Shown: one piece after another, positions 9,830-20,604 of the stretch
Position numbering within the stretch: the first letter of the stretch is position 1
How the letters are laid out: each line of letters begins with the position of its first letter
Assembly (NCBI GenBank): GCA_002811645.1
Contig: PDIP01000003.1
Location: 496,001-560,000 of the forward strand
DNA length: 64,000 nucleotides
Reading direction: 5' to 3'
Origin: Corallochytrium limacisporum Hawaii
Lineage: Eukaryota > Protista > Pluriformea
Notes under the pieces: model-generated
The model's input: only the letters and a program-made list of their open reading frames with translations
Database searches by the model: none
What the model was told of the DNA's origin: nothing
Position numbers and translations under genes: made by a program

Positions 9830-11458
9830 CTAAATTTCCGGAACGACAAGAGTGCGCATGGTGTTCGTGTGACCGCGGCCGGACATCCATCCCTGGATGA
9901 CAATGACGCTATCACCAGGTTCGCAGAAGTTGCGTTCCATGGCATGGCTCATAGCCCAACGGATACGTGCCTCGACATCGTCCTGCCACACGTCCTTGCG
10001 CGATCCTGTGTAGTAGAACGGGAAACACCCACGATACAAGTGGATCAGACGGCATGTCTGAGCATCGCGGCTGACCACCAGGATGGGGCAACGAGGCCGA
10101 TACTTGCTGACCAGGCGGGCAGTGTTGCCAGTAGTACTAAGAACAATGATTGCAGCCATGTCAAGCTCAAAGGCAGCATTGACAGCAGAGGCAGCAATTG
10201 TCTCAACAGACTCAGCAGGTGGCATAACACTGCGCATTTCATTGTAACGGGCACGGAAGAAGCTGGCTTCCTCGGCCTCCCGGCAGACAGCATCCATGAT
10301 CCGCACAGTTTCCACCGGGTACTTACCCTTTGCAGTCTCACCACTCAACATAACGCAGTCTGCGCCATCCAAAACAGCGTTGGCCACATCGCTGACTTCG
10401 GCACGAGTCGGGCGGGGATTATTCACCATGGACTCCAGCATCTGAGTGGCACAGATGACAGGCTTACCCTTCAAGTTGCAGCGGGAAATCATCATCTTCT
10501 GGGCTACAAACACCTTGGCAGGGTCAATTTCAATACCCAGGTCTCCACGGGCCACCATGATACCGTCGGCAGCTTCCAAAATCTCGTTGAAGTTGCTCAC
10601 ACCCTCGTGGTTCTCAATCTTGGCAATGATCTTAATGTATGCACCGTCCTCACCGAGACACTCACGGATCTCGTGAATGTCAGAGGCCTTGCGGATGAAG
10701 GAAGCAAAGACATAGTCGACGCGCTTCTCAACACCAAAACGCAGATCCCCGATGTCCTTCTCAGAAAGAGCAGGGAGATCAACATGGGTTTCGGGCAGGT
10801 TCACGCCCTTTTTGGAACCCAGCAAACCGGAGTTCTCGACCTCGCACATGATACCGTCATCCTTAATGTCCTTAATCTTCAGACTGATAAGACCGTCATC
10901 AATATAGATCAGACCACCGGGCCGCACGACCTTGGCAATGTTCTTGTAGTCGACGTAGATCTGTTCGTTGTTGCACTTCTCCTTGAAGGCGTCATCAGTG
11001 GTCACAACCACATTGGATCCCTTCTCCAGCTTAACGTCCTCAGAACCCTCAAGCACTCCGGTACGGATCTCAGGTCCCTTGGTGTCCAGAGCAATGGCCA
11101 CCTCTGGGCCGGGCATGTCGTTGAAGGTTTGACGAACGTTGTCAATAATGGAACCGGCAAATTCGTGGCTACCATGTGAGAAGTTCAGACGCACAATGTT
11201 CATGCCGGCGGAACGCAGAGCCTTGAGCATGTCAATATTGTTCGTGTTGGGACCGATAGTGCAAATGATGGACGACTTACGCACACGCACAGGGTTGGAG
11301 TAGATATTCAGAGCGCAGTTGTGCTCAATTGTGGTGGCCATGGCCTGTGCCATGCGCTGGGAGCCCACGGGCTTAGGATTCGCGGTTGCATCCCATGACT
11401 GGATCTTCAGCCCAGAGAACTTGACGTTCAGCTGATCAGGACCTGCGAGACTAGACAT
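9830..11458 (-). CDS. PK: Pyruvate kinase
   Basis: IICTIGP, RLNFSHG, ALDTKGPEIRTG, IIAKIENHEG, GIMVARGDLGIEI, ATQMLESM, MLSGETAKG motifs; first ATG at 11458. Confidence 0.99.
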   Translation of the reverse strand: MSSLAGPDQLNVKFSGLKIQSWDATANPKPVGSQRMAQAMATTIEHNCALNIYSNPVRVRKSSIICTIGPNTNNIDMLKALRSAGMNIVRLNFSHGSHEFAGSIIDNVRQTFNDMPGPEVAIALDTKGPEIRTGVLEGSEDVKLEKGSNVVVTTDDAFKEKCNNEQIYVDYKNIAKVVRPGGLIYIDDGLISLKIKDIKDDGIMCEVENSGLLGSKKGVNLPETHVDLPALSEKDIGDLRFGVEKRVDYVFASFIRKASDIHEIRECLGEDGAYIKIIAKIENHEGVSNFNEILEAADGIMVARGDLGIEIDPAKVFVAQKMMISRCNLKGKPVICATQMLESMVNNPRPTRAEVSDVANAVLDGADCVMLSGETAKGKYPVETVRIMDAVCREAEEASFFRARYNEMRSVMPPAESVETIAASAVNAAFELDMAAIIVLSTTGNTARLVSKYRPRCPILVVSRDAQTCRLIHLYRGCFPFYYTGSRKDVWQDDVEARIRWAMSHAMERNFCEPGDSVIVIQGWMSGRGHTNTMRTLVVPEI

Positions 11459-12302
11459 ATTCGCTACTTGCTTACCATACAAAGTCACAGCTAAAGCGAC
11501 ATTGTCTTTACGTACAGAAAGGAATCACTGCCATACTGATTTAGCACTCTTAATACCTACCTGGTCACAACATGCTTGTATATCGACAGTGCTGCGGGAC
11601 CGCTTCATCAGACCAAGTATTAACTGCTGCGGTGGCTTCAGGATATTCTGACGGATCTTGCTAGCGTTCTCCTGACAGCGTGCGTTTGTGTGGTTCCTTT
11701 TTTGTGAATGACACTAACTGGCCGCAGCGTATTCAGGTACAACTGCGCGCTGATCGTACAAATTCGTTGCCGCATGGAAATCCCTCTCGTCACTTGCGTA
11801 AAACCGGTGGCGGGTTGCCTGCTACCCCTCGTTCAGACCTCTGCCCGTCCGCCGCTGGCGGGTCTTTGGGATTTAGGGCGTATGGACTCTGTGACTTTAC
11901 CGCTCACAGCGCAATGTAAAACAATGGGCGAGAGAATTCGGTACAAAAAGTACTGCAAGTACTGCCAGATCAAGGGAAAACAACGGTGGAGGGCTACCAT
12001 TTTCCCAAGGCCACCCCAATAATTTAATGCGCTTCCTGGAACGAGGAGTGAGAGCGGGGTTCCTATTGGCTTTGTTTACGATGGACCCACTCGGATACTT
12101 TGACTATGGGAGAAGCGTCGGGCCGTTTGGGGAGCAACTGGGCACATTCGCAAAGATGACCGGGACGGTGCCGGCTCGCAATGACGCGGCCAGTCAATAG
12201 CCATGCGCAGCGGCGCCCGACGAAATTCCAAGTGAGGATTGCATGTGTACAGTAGCACATCATAATTCATGATACTTCTTTTTCGTCGGCACGATCATCC
12301 GT

Positions 12303-12447
12303 TTTCCCGCATACCACACTAACCCTCCGCCCCTCCTCCACTCAATACCCAAAACCCTGACTCTCGTCTGGCGATCGAAAATTGATCTAATTATTGATTA
12401 AATACCTAGGTGTCACAGATTGAGGGGTCTCGCGCGAAAAGTTCAAA
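12303..12447. promoter_or_regulatory. E2F sites (TTTCCCGC 12303-12310; GCGCGAAA 12432-12439) plus CHR-like TTCAAA (12442-12447)
   Basis: Exact matches to the TTTSSCGC E2F consensus upstream of a putative replication gene. Confidence 0.5.
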
Positions 12448-12641
12448 GTTCGCCTGAGTGGTCTCCGTGAGGTAAGAGAAACTTCTGCGGGGTATTCATG
12501 GGTTGAGACACGCACTACCCACAACATAATATCTTGTCAGTGTTCGGTCTCAACAGAATTTGAGATGTGGAAACACCATCACACGTTCACAGAGATGTAG
12601 GAAAGGATGACGAGGTTGTGTGCCAAGCTCAGGAAATAAGC

Positions 12642-14519
12642 ATGGATCTGCTTCACAAGTTTTTTGGCGAGGTCCACGAACACATCAACCAGTGCCTGCT
12701 ACAGTCCACTGTGAAGTCACCGAATCTGAATTGGACAATTCGAGAAGCTATTGTTGCACTCCAAAAATTGGAACCAGGCTCCCACCAGTCCCTCCTGCTC
12801 ACGGAAATTATCCAAGCATGGACAGAGGATGTCTATATCGGAGCCGACAATGAGGTGAGGCCACGGAGTCGCCTTGGTCGCTTAAAGCGGGATCCTCCAC
12901 TGATCGGTGGAATTCTACAGGCAAATGTTTTGGGACTGGATCTCATGTACATGCCAGATGATTTTGCGAAGGAAAAGCCGGTTTCGGCCAAGCTGCACCT
13001 CTCCACTGGAGAGACAATGGGATCACTACTCTTGGACTCACGCCACAGGGAGTGGCTGTGCAAGGATCTGCCCTGCTCTTTAGAAGATGTTTTTGGTAGT
13101 CTTAAGCCAGATGAGAACGGACATACGCCAGTAATTTCCATAAGGGCCACTGGCGTAGAACGAAACCTGTCGAGGGGCAAAAGTGACCTACTAATGCTGA
13201 GAGGGGTTAGGAGTATGGTGGCAGTAGTTGGAGGCGATCCTGCAGCAGTTATGTGGATACAGACAACGTTGCACAGGGCCCAGGAAGGATGCTCTTTCAT
13301 TGCAGCTAAATTGACAATGCTCGAACATGATGAGTTTACGTGCACAGGCACTGCCCGTCTTATCCACCCGAGCTCTGAGGCGGTCTTGGGCCACCTCGTG
13401 CTCACCTCACATTCAAGTGACTTGGCCACCTTGGTCAAAAGTAGCGAAGTAGCGTTGCTCTGGGATCTGGAACTCGTGCCAGGCCAAACTGATCGATCTT
13501 CCAGCTCCATTATGGACCGTCAGAGCCAGACGGAGGTGCCACTGTATCATATTGGTGAGAAGACACGATGTGTCGTTGTCGAGGAATCTGCGTACTCTCT
13601 AGCCACCCAACAGAGCACGGATCAGAACATATCGGAATCACGGCACGTCAAAGTTGGTGAAGTGCAAAACAAGGGTAAAGTCTACATCATGCGCGATCGA
13701 TACCACACATCTTTGACGTTGAAGGATCATAGAGGTTCGACAACCCTCCTGCAGATTACAGGTAAGCTCGGATCTCGTCGCGGAAACAGAAGTACGACAT
13801 GCATGGTGACAAAACACAACATTCCCATTCTCAGCCTGTTGAGAACTGGTTCCGTCATTGTGGTTGGGGCTGTTGGAAGCACCACAGGCACTCTTCTTTG
13901 CCAACTCGACGATGACACAGGTGGCGTTGGGATGTCCAGTGATCATTTTCTGATCGATGGTATGCAGCTATTGGTCCGTCTTCCTTTGCCATTGAGCATG
14001 CCAGTCGCTCGGCTCAGCGGAAAATTGTCTTTACGACAGGCCTGTCTGGTTCAGGGTAGATTGGTAGATCCATCATACGTAATTTCGCGAGTGCATCGTC
14101 TGTGCGGCACTGTTCTGGATTCAACCACATCCTCGAGCATCAACAAGGGTTGCTGCGGGAAAATCCCTTTAGAACTGAATGCTGGTGATGTGGTTCTACA
14201 AATGCGTGGTTGGTGTTACATTGATGATGGTAAATCCATCCTGCCAGCCACCTTGAGCCACAGTGCCATGCTTGCACTCACTGGGACGTCTGCTGACAAA
14301 ATGCAGAGGCAGTCACCGGAAGAGAGGCTGGCCATTCTGCACCAAATCACAGAATACTACTATCTGCTAGCCTGCATTCCCAGCAAAGGATCTGGTGGCC
14401 ATGTGCAGCTAGACATTCTCGCAGTTAATAGCCCAACTGTGGAGGCAATGAGTAAGATATTATTGCAGGAGGAGCTGGCATCGGAGCTCGGGTCAAGGTC
14501 CATGGTAACAGCTGCCTGA
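12642..14519 (+). CDS. Multi-OB-fold protein, probably S. pombe Cdc24/plant CDC24-OB family
   Basis: N-terminal LNWTIREAI...GSHQSLLLTEIIQAW resembles the CDC24_OB1 motif as I recall it. C-terminal HRLCG...CCG...WCYIDDGKSIL...ALTG resembles an RPA1 DBD-C-type Zn-ribbon OB fold. First in-frame ATG at 12642; frame open from 12567. Confidence 0.6.
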   Translation: MDLLHKFFGEVHEHINQCLLQSTVKSPNLNWTIREAIVALQKLEPGSHQSLLLTEIIQAWTEDVYIGADNEVRPRSRLGRLKRDPPLIGGILQANVLGLDLMYMPDDFAKEKPVSAKLHLSTGETMGSLLLDSRHREWLCKDLPCSLEDVFGSLKPDENGHTPVISIRATGVERNLSRGKSDLLMLRGVRSMVAVVGGDPAAVMWIQTTLHRAQEGCSFIAAKLTMLEHDEFTCTGTARLIHPSSEAVLGHLVLTSHSSDLATLVKSSEVALLWDLELVPGQTDRSSSSIMDRQSQTEVPLYHIGEKTRCVVVEESAYSLATQQSTDQNISESRHVKVGEVQNKGKVYIMRDRYHTSLTLKDHRGSTTLLQITGKLGSRRGNRSTTCMVTKHNIPILSLLRTGSVIVVGAVGSTTGTLLCQLDDDTGGVGMSSDHFLIDGMQLLVRLPLPLSMPVARLSGKLSLRQACLVQGRLVDPSYVISRVHRLCGTVLDSTTSSSINKGCCGKIPLELNAGDVVLQMRGWCYIDDGKSILPATLSHSAMLALTGTSADKMQRQSPEERLAILHQITEYYYLLACIPSKGSGGHVQLDILAVNSPTVEAMSKILLQEELASELGSRSMVTAA

Positions 14520-14555
14520 CACCATTGACCTCGCCTTCCCTCTCAGCGGGCGGGT

Positions 14556-14591
14556 CCCCCCCTTGCGGGGTTAATTACCCGCAAGGGGGGG
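14556..14591. repeat. Perfect 14-bp inverted repeat with 8-nt spacer
   Basis: CCCCCCCTTGCGGG-GTTAATTA-CCCGCAAGGGGGGG. Confidence 0.9.
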
Positions 14592-14752
14592 TCTCCTCTC
14601 GGCCACCCGCACAGATGCATATTAGGTACTTTGGCATGAGCATTTGCCAATTGGAAACACGTACGCAATTGGTAATACACGACTAAAGAATTCATGCATA
14701 ACCGGAGAAATTATGTTAGGAACCCTTTCATGATGCATGATCATTGGGTACA

Positions 14753-16192
14753 ATGAAAGGTGGTGCACATGCTCCGGAATGGAACACAAAATATTACAAG
14801 GACGTGAAAGAGATTGCACGGGTTGCCAGGGGGCCTGCAGCTCGGCTACGGAGTATTCGTAAAGATGCAAACTTCGTAGAAAGTGTGGTAGATCTGTGTC
14901 CCTTTGGCTGGGCAGTCGCAGCCAATCTACGTTGCGGATTGTGGTACGTCAAGACCCATCTGCTTACCGACTGTTGCTACTTCAAGTCCACGGATGGCCA
15001 TTTTGGGGAGTGGAACGTCAGCCTGTCCAGGTTGAATATTGGCGTGCTCGATCTGCTTTCAGAACATGGCGCTCTACTGATCGTTGACGCCACGAGAAGG
15101 GGCAAACGATTCCCAGATGCGTTGTCGAAGAGCATTCCATTGTGGGTGGCCGTGATGAATGAATACCTTGGACTCGGAGAAAGTGATGTGACGGTTCCCG
15201 AACCAATTAGTGGCACGGAAAAGGCACAAATGACTGAAAGAGTGAAGCCGTTGGTAACAAAGCTGGCCCCAGTCCTGGATACTTTGATTACAAAAGATTT
15301 GCGGAACAAACTGTTCGAAAGGGGGTACTTGCGACCCTTCTTTGTGTCAGGTACAGATTCGCTGGCGGCAGTCCAGGACGTGATTGATGAAGCAAAAGAG
15401 CTATTTAGGGAGTGTATGCCACTGATTCTAGTCTCTGCCTCAAGTATGGCGGACAGCGATGGCATCGACGGATACATCCCAGGCGCTGCGGACGATGAAG
15501 AAAGTTGGGCCAGGGGCCTCAGATCGGCTGACTTTTGGCAGTCAGAAATTCAAGAGCAACTTGATCTGGTTGACAATCGGACAGGTGATGAGCATATTAT
15601 CAATGTCATTGATAAGATAGTGGCGGAAAGGAGTCATCACGTTGAAGATAAAGATGAAGGAATGGGAAATGTCACTGAGAGCTTAAATCTTCGACAGGAA
15701 GATGGGTCGCTGAAGGTGGAGATTGAAATTGAGGACATAGAAGAATCAGAAGCCCCCTCCTGCGAAGTGTTTGTACGAGCAAGCACCTCAGACAGCGACC
15801 CGCCTCCTAACACACTCCAGCTGGTCCACACAGCTGCCAACAATGAGAAGCAAGCCAGAATTGCTTTCGAAAAATGGCTGTACACGGCACTTGACTCCTG
15901 GATATCAGAGCAAATCAAGGCAGCGCGGCAGGGTCATTCCGCAGATATGCCCTTTGAGTATCGAGTTATTGTCACCGACACAATGGATTGTCCAGTTACC
16001 CGCAGAGCATTGATGGCTGCCCTACTGTGCATCGCGGAACGCGAGTTAGGTTATGACCGTGCTGCGGTGAGCAAAGCAACCATTCAAGCACGTCTTGCAC
16101 ACGTCAACACCCTGAGACCGTTCTGCAAAGTTCCTCGAGTATATGCCAAAGCGCTAACGCGTCATTTCCTTGGACTCAAACATACATATTAG
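14753..16192 (+). CDS. RIT1: Initiator tRNA A64 2'-O-ribosylphosphate transferase
   Basis: ANLRCGLWYV, YFKSTDGHFGEW, VDATRRGKRFPDALSKSIPLW and YIPGAADDEESWA are Rit1 signatures. Confidence 0.93.
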   Translation: MKGGAHAPEWNTKYYKDVKEIARVARGPAARLRSIRKDANFVESVVDLCPFGWAVAANLRCGLWYVKTHLLTDCCYFKSTDGHFGEWNVSLSRLNIGVLDLLSEHGALLIVDATRRGKRFPDALSKSIPLWVAVMNEYLGLGESDVTVPEPISGTEKAQMTERVKPLVTKLAPVLDTLITKDLRNKLFERGYLRPFFVSGTDSLAAVQDVIDEAKELFRECMPLILVSASSMADSDGIDGYIPGAADDEESWARGLRSADFWQSEIQEQLDLVDNRTGDEHIINVIDKIVAERSHHVEDKDEGMGNVTESLNLRQEDGSLKVEIEIEDIEESEAPSCEVFVRASTSDSDPPPNTLQLVHTAANNEKQARIAFEKWLYTALDSWISEQIKAARQGHSADMPFEYRVIVTDTMDCPVTRRALMAALLCIAERELGYDRAAVSKATIQARLAHVNTLRPFCKVPRVYAKALTRHFLGLKHTY

Positions 16193-16394
16193 ATAAAGAA
16201 CCAGCGTATTCTCCTCCAGTATTAAGACTGTATTGTGTTTGTATATTATATTGCAATCCGATGTCTGTCGGTTCACAAAGAAGTTAGACCCGTCACAATG
16301 TTTCCTGAGATGGCTACCTGTAGATCCTTCCCTCTTGAACGGTCCTTTTCTCCTGATTTCCACGTACTCCTATAGACTTTATCCCGACAAAGAT

Positions 16395-17609
16395 CTAAGC
16401 AGTGGTGCCTTTGTTGTCCTTAAGAGCACGAGCACCCTCGTTGTACTTCTTCTGCAGACCGGATTGCATGCTCTCAAGACGGTTCTCTTGCTCCTGCACG
16501 CGCAGATTGACAAGTTTCTCCATGTCGGCCTGCAATTTGGCAAGTTTCTCTTCGCTTGCTTTCTTTTCCGCCTGGAGTTTCGCCAACAGGTCTTGTTCGG
16601 TGTCGTTGAAGTTACCAAAAGCTCCCAGCCTCTGGCGACGGTAGTTCTCGTAGAAGAGTTCGTGTGTCATGTCCTTGAGGTCCTGCATGTGTGTGCGGAT
16701 AATTGCATCCCGCAGTTTCGGGAAGTCGCTGAAACGCTCATCTTCGATGCTGACCGCCCCCCAAGGGTACTGGCGTCCTAGCACGGACCGTCCGTTCACG
16801 TTAATCCGAGTAGTGGCACCGATAACTGCGAATGGAATGGCGTTCTGCAGAGCGCTGGCTGCGTCCATGGCATCGTCCTCGTCGTCCTCGTCATCGTCAT
16901 CGGATTCGAACGGGAAGCGATAGTAGGAAATTCCATGCGCATCGAGATCGCGCAGAACAGCCTGCTTGACCTTCTTGCGCTCATCCTCGGTAAGGGTGTC
17001 AGCCTTAGCAATGATGGGAATGACATTGGCCCGACGACAGAGCTCCTTCAGAGCCTTAATGTCCAGAGGACGCAGACCGCGCTGGCAACCCGGGGGAATG
17101 AAATACAGCACGCAATTCACTCGAGCGTCCTTGATCTTGTTGCGGTTCAGCTTGAACTCATCCTGCAGATACTTGTCGTACTGAGAATCAATATACTCGC
17201 AGGCCTTGTCCCAATGGCCATCAGTCTCCATACTGTCACCAAAACCGTGCACGTTCACAATGGTCAGACGTAGACGCACACCTTTTTCGACAATGTCGCA
17301 GGTCTTGGCCTCAACATCGGGGACAGTGGTTTCGATTTCTCCGTTGGCGGCGGGCCGGCACAATGGCTCATCCATTTTGCCATGGTCAAGAACGTCGGTC
17401 ATAAACAAAGAGTTTACCAGGGTGCGTTTGCCCAGACCGCTCTGGCCGACCACCATAACAGTGAAGCTGAAACCCTTCTTCACAGTCTTTCTGTGCAGCT
17501 GGTTAGGGAGGTTAGCGAAACCGACGTAAGCATTGGGCCTGACCTCTTGAGGTTCAGGAGCAGGAGGACGCCGCGGAGGTGGGGCAGGTGTATTCTCTTT
17601 GCTAGTCAT
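16395..17609 (-). CDS. Septin with degenerate G1/G3 motifs
   Basis: YVGFANLPNQLHRK, GFSFTVMVVGQSGLGK, NVIPIIAKADTLT, PFAVIG, GRQYPWG, YENYR and a C-terminal coiled coil; first ATG at 17609. Confidence 0.96.
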   Translation of the reverse strand: MTSKENTPAPPPRRPPAPEPQEVRPNAYVGFANLPNQLHRKTVKKGFSFTVMVVGQSGLGKRTLVNSLFMTDVLDHGKMDEPLCRPAANGEIETTVPDVEAKTCDIVEKGVRLRLTIVNVHGFGDSMETDGHWDKACEYIDSQYDKYLQDEFKLNRNKIKDARVNCVLYFIPPGCQRGLRPLDIKALKELCRRANVIPIIAKADTLTEDERKKVKQAVLRDLDAHGISYYRFPFESDDDDEDDEDDAMDAASALQNAIPFAVIGATTRINVNGRSVLGRQYPWGAVSIEDERFSDFPKLRDAIIRTHMQDLKDMTHELFYENYRRQRLGAFGNFNDTEQDLLAKLQAEKKASEEKLAKLQADMEKLVNLRVQEQENRLESMQSGLQKKYNEGARALKDNKGTTA

Positions 17610-19349
17610 GATCGATCGGTTCTGATTGAGAACAAATTGAATGAATGTGTACAGTATTGTGCAAAAACATTTGGAACTGTGGTAGCAAGATGCTCTCAAC
17701 TAGCTTTTGTGGCCGCTAGTGTTTACGGCCATGTTTGTCCCGGTGTGATGTCTGTGTGCGCAGCAACCGGCATCGAAATGTAGGCATCGGAGGAAGGCGA
17801 CATCGCCAGTGTCCAAAGGACAACAAAAAGAGGCGATACTGCTCATCACTCCGTCTCCTGGAGAACCCGCCACTTTTTACAGGGAGCCACCAGCAGCCAA
17901 CTGAACCATGGGGTGTCCCCCGTGTTGAAACCCACTTCCGGCACCCCCCTCCTCCGAAACGCGCCAATTTCGCGATCAGTGCTGAATGGATGGTCCCCGG
18001 TACCGTAGAAACGAGCGAGTTCTCAATGAAAAAGCCAGTGCGCGGTCCAAAAGGCTAGAAAAGTCTTCAACACACACACACCCCTCCCCCTTAACCCAAC
18101 GATGCCTGAACATTTTCTTCCCCGTTCTGCCGCTCTGGGATTTTCTTTTTTTTTTTTGTTGGAGTTGAGCAAAAGTGGGACAAGGCTGGGGGGGGGGGTT
18201 CGCCCGAGCAACACACGCACTCTGGCGTTCGGACGGGTTTTCAGCGGGGCAAAAGGAGGCAGGGAGGGAGAGGGACCGCGGGCGTGAGCGGAGAAAGAAA
18301 GTGCGCGCAAGCGTCCCCGCCGGGGGAAGAGAAAAAAAGAGAGAAATTGAAAATTCTCTGAGTGGGGGGCAGCACCAGGGCACCCCCCCCCCTCCCTTCG
18401 GCGGGCTTAGACACGCGCGCTGAATGAAACATTTTCCATAGCAAAAGTATAGAGAAATTCGCCTTTGTTTGGGCAACCACTCAGAATATTGTTGGGCGCG
18501 AGTGTTGCTGGGTGACTGTCGACATTTTCACAGGGGGGAGGGGGTGGGTTTGCTCTATGGTCTCTATTTCATTTGGCTCCCCCTCTCTCTGCTTCGGCCT
18601 GCACCACGCACAGACCTCCTTTTCATAACTTTTTCTGTCTTCGCTTAGCGAAATAATTTCACAGAGATTCCATACTGAAAGGCTGGTTCGCGGCTTGAAC
18701 CAGTGACCAATTATTCACCCTCCGCCGGGCAGTGCACCCTACCACACACTGTGCTCCGTATTTTCAAGGCCTCTCTCTCTGCCGGAATTGCCTGTGCCTG
18801 GCCCTTTCACTCTGTCTTCTCTCCGTCCAAAGGTCGGTCGAGCCGCGAAAGAGAGTTTGGGGGAGATGGGCGGGGGGGTGGGTTGGCGTTCCGGGGCATG
18901 GGGCCCCACCCTGGTGGCGCGGGGTCCATAGCCATTGTACGGCCCGCTGCTACCGGCTGAATCCACTGAATTCACTACCATGGAAAGGCGATAATTTAAT
19001 ATACCTATTGCGTCTTTGGAATTTTGATGGAATCTATTTTTTGATTTATTTGATTATCAATCAAGAGGATTTCCGGTAGTGGATGTACCAGGGAGATCCA
19101 CCTCGAAATATAGCGTGGCCCATATGCGCAGCCCTGGCCAGCGCAAAACAGCCAGTAGGTGCCACGGGCAAATTCACTCCAGTGGACCCAAAGTACTCGC
19201 AAACAACCTACTGCAGAGCATTCAGGTTGGCAGTTGCACTCAAACATTGCCTGAGGGTACTTCATGGTACATATTTAAGTATGTATGCGTTCTAGACAAA
19301 CAGGAGTATCTGGGTTATAGATCAAACTTTAGAACGGAAACTTACGTCG

Positions 19350-19877
19350 ATGGCAGGACGGGGAGCCGCAGCCAAAGGGGCTGACCAGCTGGTTGCCACC
19401 ATCAAGGGATACATACCAGCACAAAAAGCCGCCCCTGGTCCACCCTTGGGTCCGGCACTTGGTGCTCGTGGTGTGAACATTGGTGCTTTCACCAAAGCAT
19501 TCAATGACGGGACACGGCACATCAAAGCCGGAACACCTCTACCAGCTAACATTTACATTTACGGAGATCGCAGTTTCAAATATGATTTCAAGACGCCGCC
19601 GGTCTCTCATTTTATTAAGGAAGCTCTTGGTGTAGATACTCTGAGTGCAACCCCAAAGCATGAGATCGTAGGTACGATCAGTTTGAAGCACTGCTATGAA
19701 ATTGCAAAGATCAAAGCACAGGATCCCAACCATAAAGAAAGACGCCTGTCATTGGAACAGATCACTCGCCAGGTCGTCAACACCTGCATCACATCGGGTG
19801 TAAACGTATACAATGACAAGACAGGAACAAATACGCATGATCGCACTAAAAAGGCACGTTTATTGACGGAAGAATAG
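19350..19877 (+). CDS. MRPL11: Mitochondrial ribosomal protein uL11m
   Basis: AAPGPPLGPALGARGVNIGAFTKAFND, KTPPVSHFIK and ISLKHCYEIAKIK motifs. Confidence 0.95.
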   Translation: MAGRGAAAKGADQLVATIKGYIPAQKAAPGPPLGPALGARGVNIGAFTKAFNDGTRHIKAGTPLPANIYIYGDRSFKYDFKTPPVSHFIKEALGVDTLSATPKHEIVGTISLKHCYEIAKIKAQDPNHKERRLSLEQITRQVVNTCITSGVNVYNDKTGTNTHDRTKKARLLTEE

Positions 19878-19977
19878 TTAACGCTGACATATTAAATGTA
19901 CAAAATATATTACTGTATAACTATGGCACATGTATTGAATGATGGAGATGGTGATTGTTGAGTGGAGACTGCAGCAA

Positions 19978-20604
19978 TCATGTTCGGCCCTTGGTGGCGC
20001 CAGTACCAGATCCACCACGGTGTTTGGCCATGTTGCGCCAATACGGTAGCATGGCCATCAAACGCTTCGTAAGCTGGCGCGGGATCAGCACTGGTCGACG
20101 GAGACGCAGCTTGCGGGCGGTGCTCTTCTTCCAATTGAAATGATTCTTACCCGCCTGCCAACGTTTCATGACTCCACCGGGGAGCACAATAACTCTCTTT
20201 GCAAGACCCTTCTTGGTCTTCATTTTGTACCTGGAGTTCTCAATCTCCCTGAGCTTCCGTGCCTTAACACCGCGCCAGTCCTTGCGAGACATCTTTGTTG
20301 GCATCCGCTTCAATCCAAACACTCCCCGCTTCGGTGCTTCACTGAGTCTCGGGTCAAATAGCGGAACCTTCTTCTCCGGATGCCAAAAGGCATTCATTTT
20401 CTGTGTACCCGAGAATGACCGGGCGCTGAGGAGGCCAAACATCCCAAAATTTCCACCCGGTGCCGCCAAGCGGCAAGGGCTGACAGTCTGCGCACGTTTA
20501 ACCAGCATCGGGCCCGCCACGACGCTCTGCAAGTTTCTAGTATGTGCAGCAGCGGAGTAGCGGATTGCCTGCACGGCTACCCGCCGACATATTTTACTCA
20601 TCAT
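19978..20604 (-). CDS. MRPL35: Mitochondrial ribosomal protein bL35m
   Basis: Long Arg-rich presequence plus the bL35 core YKMKTKKGLAKR...KRWQAGKNHFNWKKSTARKLRLR. Confidence 0.88.
   Translation of the reverse strand: MMSKICRRVAVQAIRYSAAAHTRNLQSVVAGPMLVKRAQTVSPCRLAAPGGNFGMFGLLSARSFSGTQKMNAFWHPEKKVPLFDPRLSEAPKRGVFGLKRMPTKMSRKDWRGVKARKLREIENSRYKMKTKKGLAKRVIVLPGGVMKRWQAGKNHFNWKKSTARKLRLRRPVLIPRQLTKRLMAMLPYWRNMAKHRGGSGTGATKGRT

Noticed and set aside
9803-11179. Long antisense ORFs (also 1368-1973, 41347-42066, 47394-48062, 50290-50934, 54166-55824)
   Set aside because: Shadows of codon-biased real genes on the opposite strand; no motifs.
11490-11565. Possible 5'UTR intron in pyruvate kinase (CAG/GTAGGT on the minus strand; resembles the U1 5' end on plus)
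   Set aside because: Not U1 snRNA (mismatch, rest absent); the acceptor is ambiguous without transcript data.
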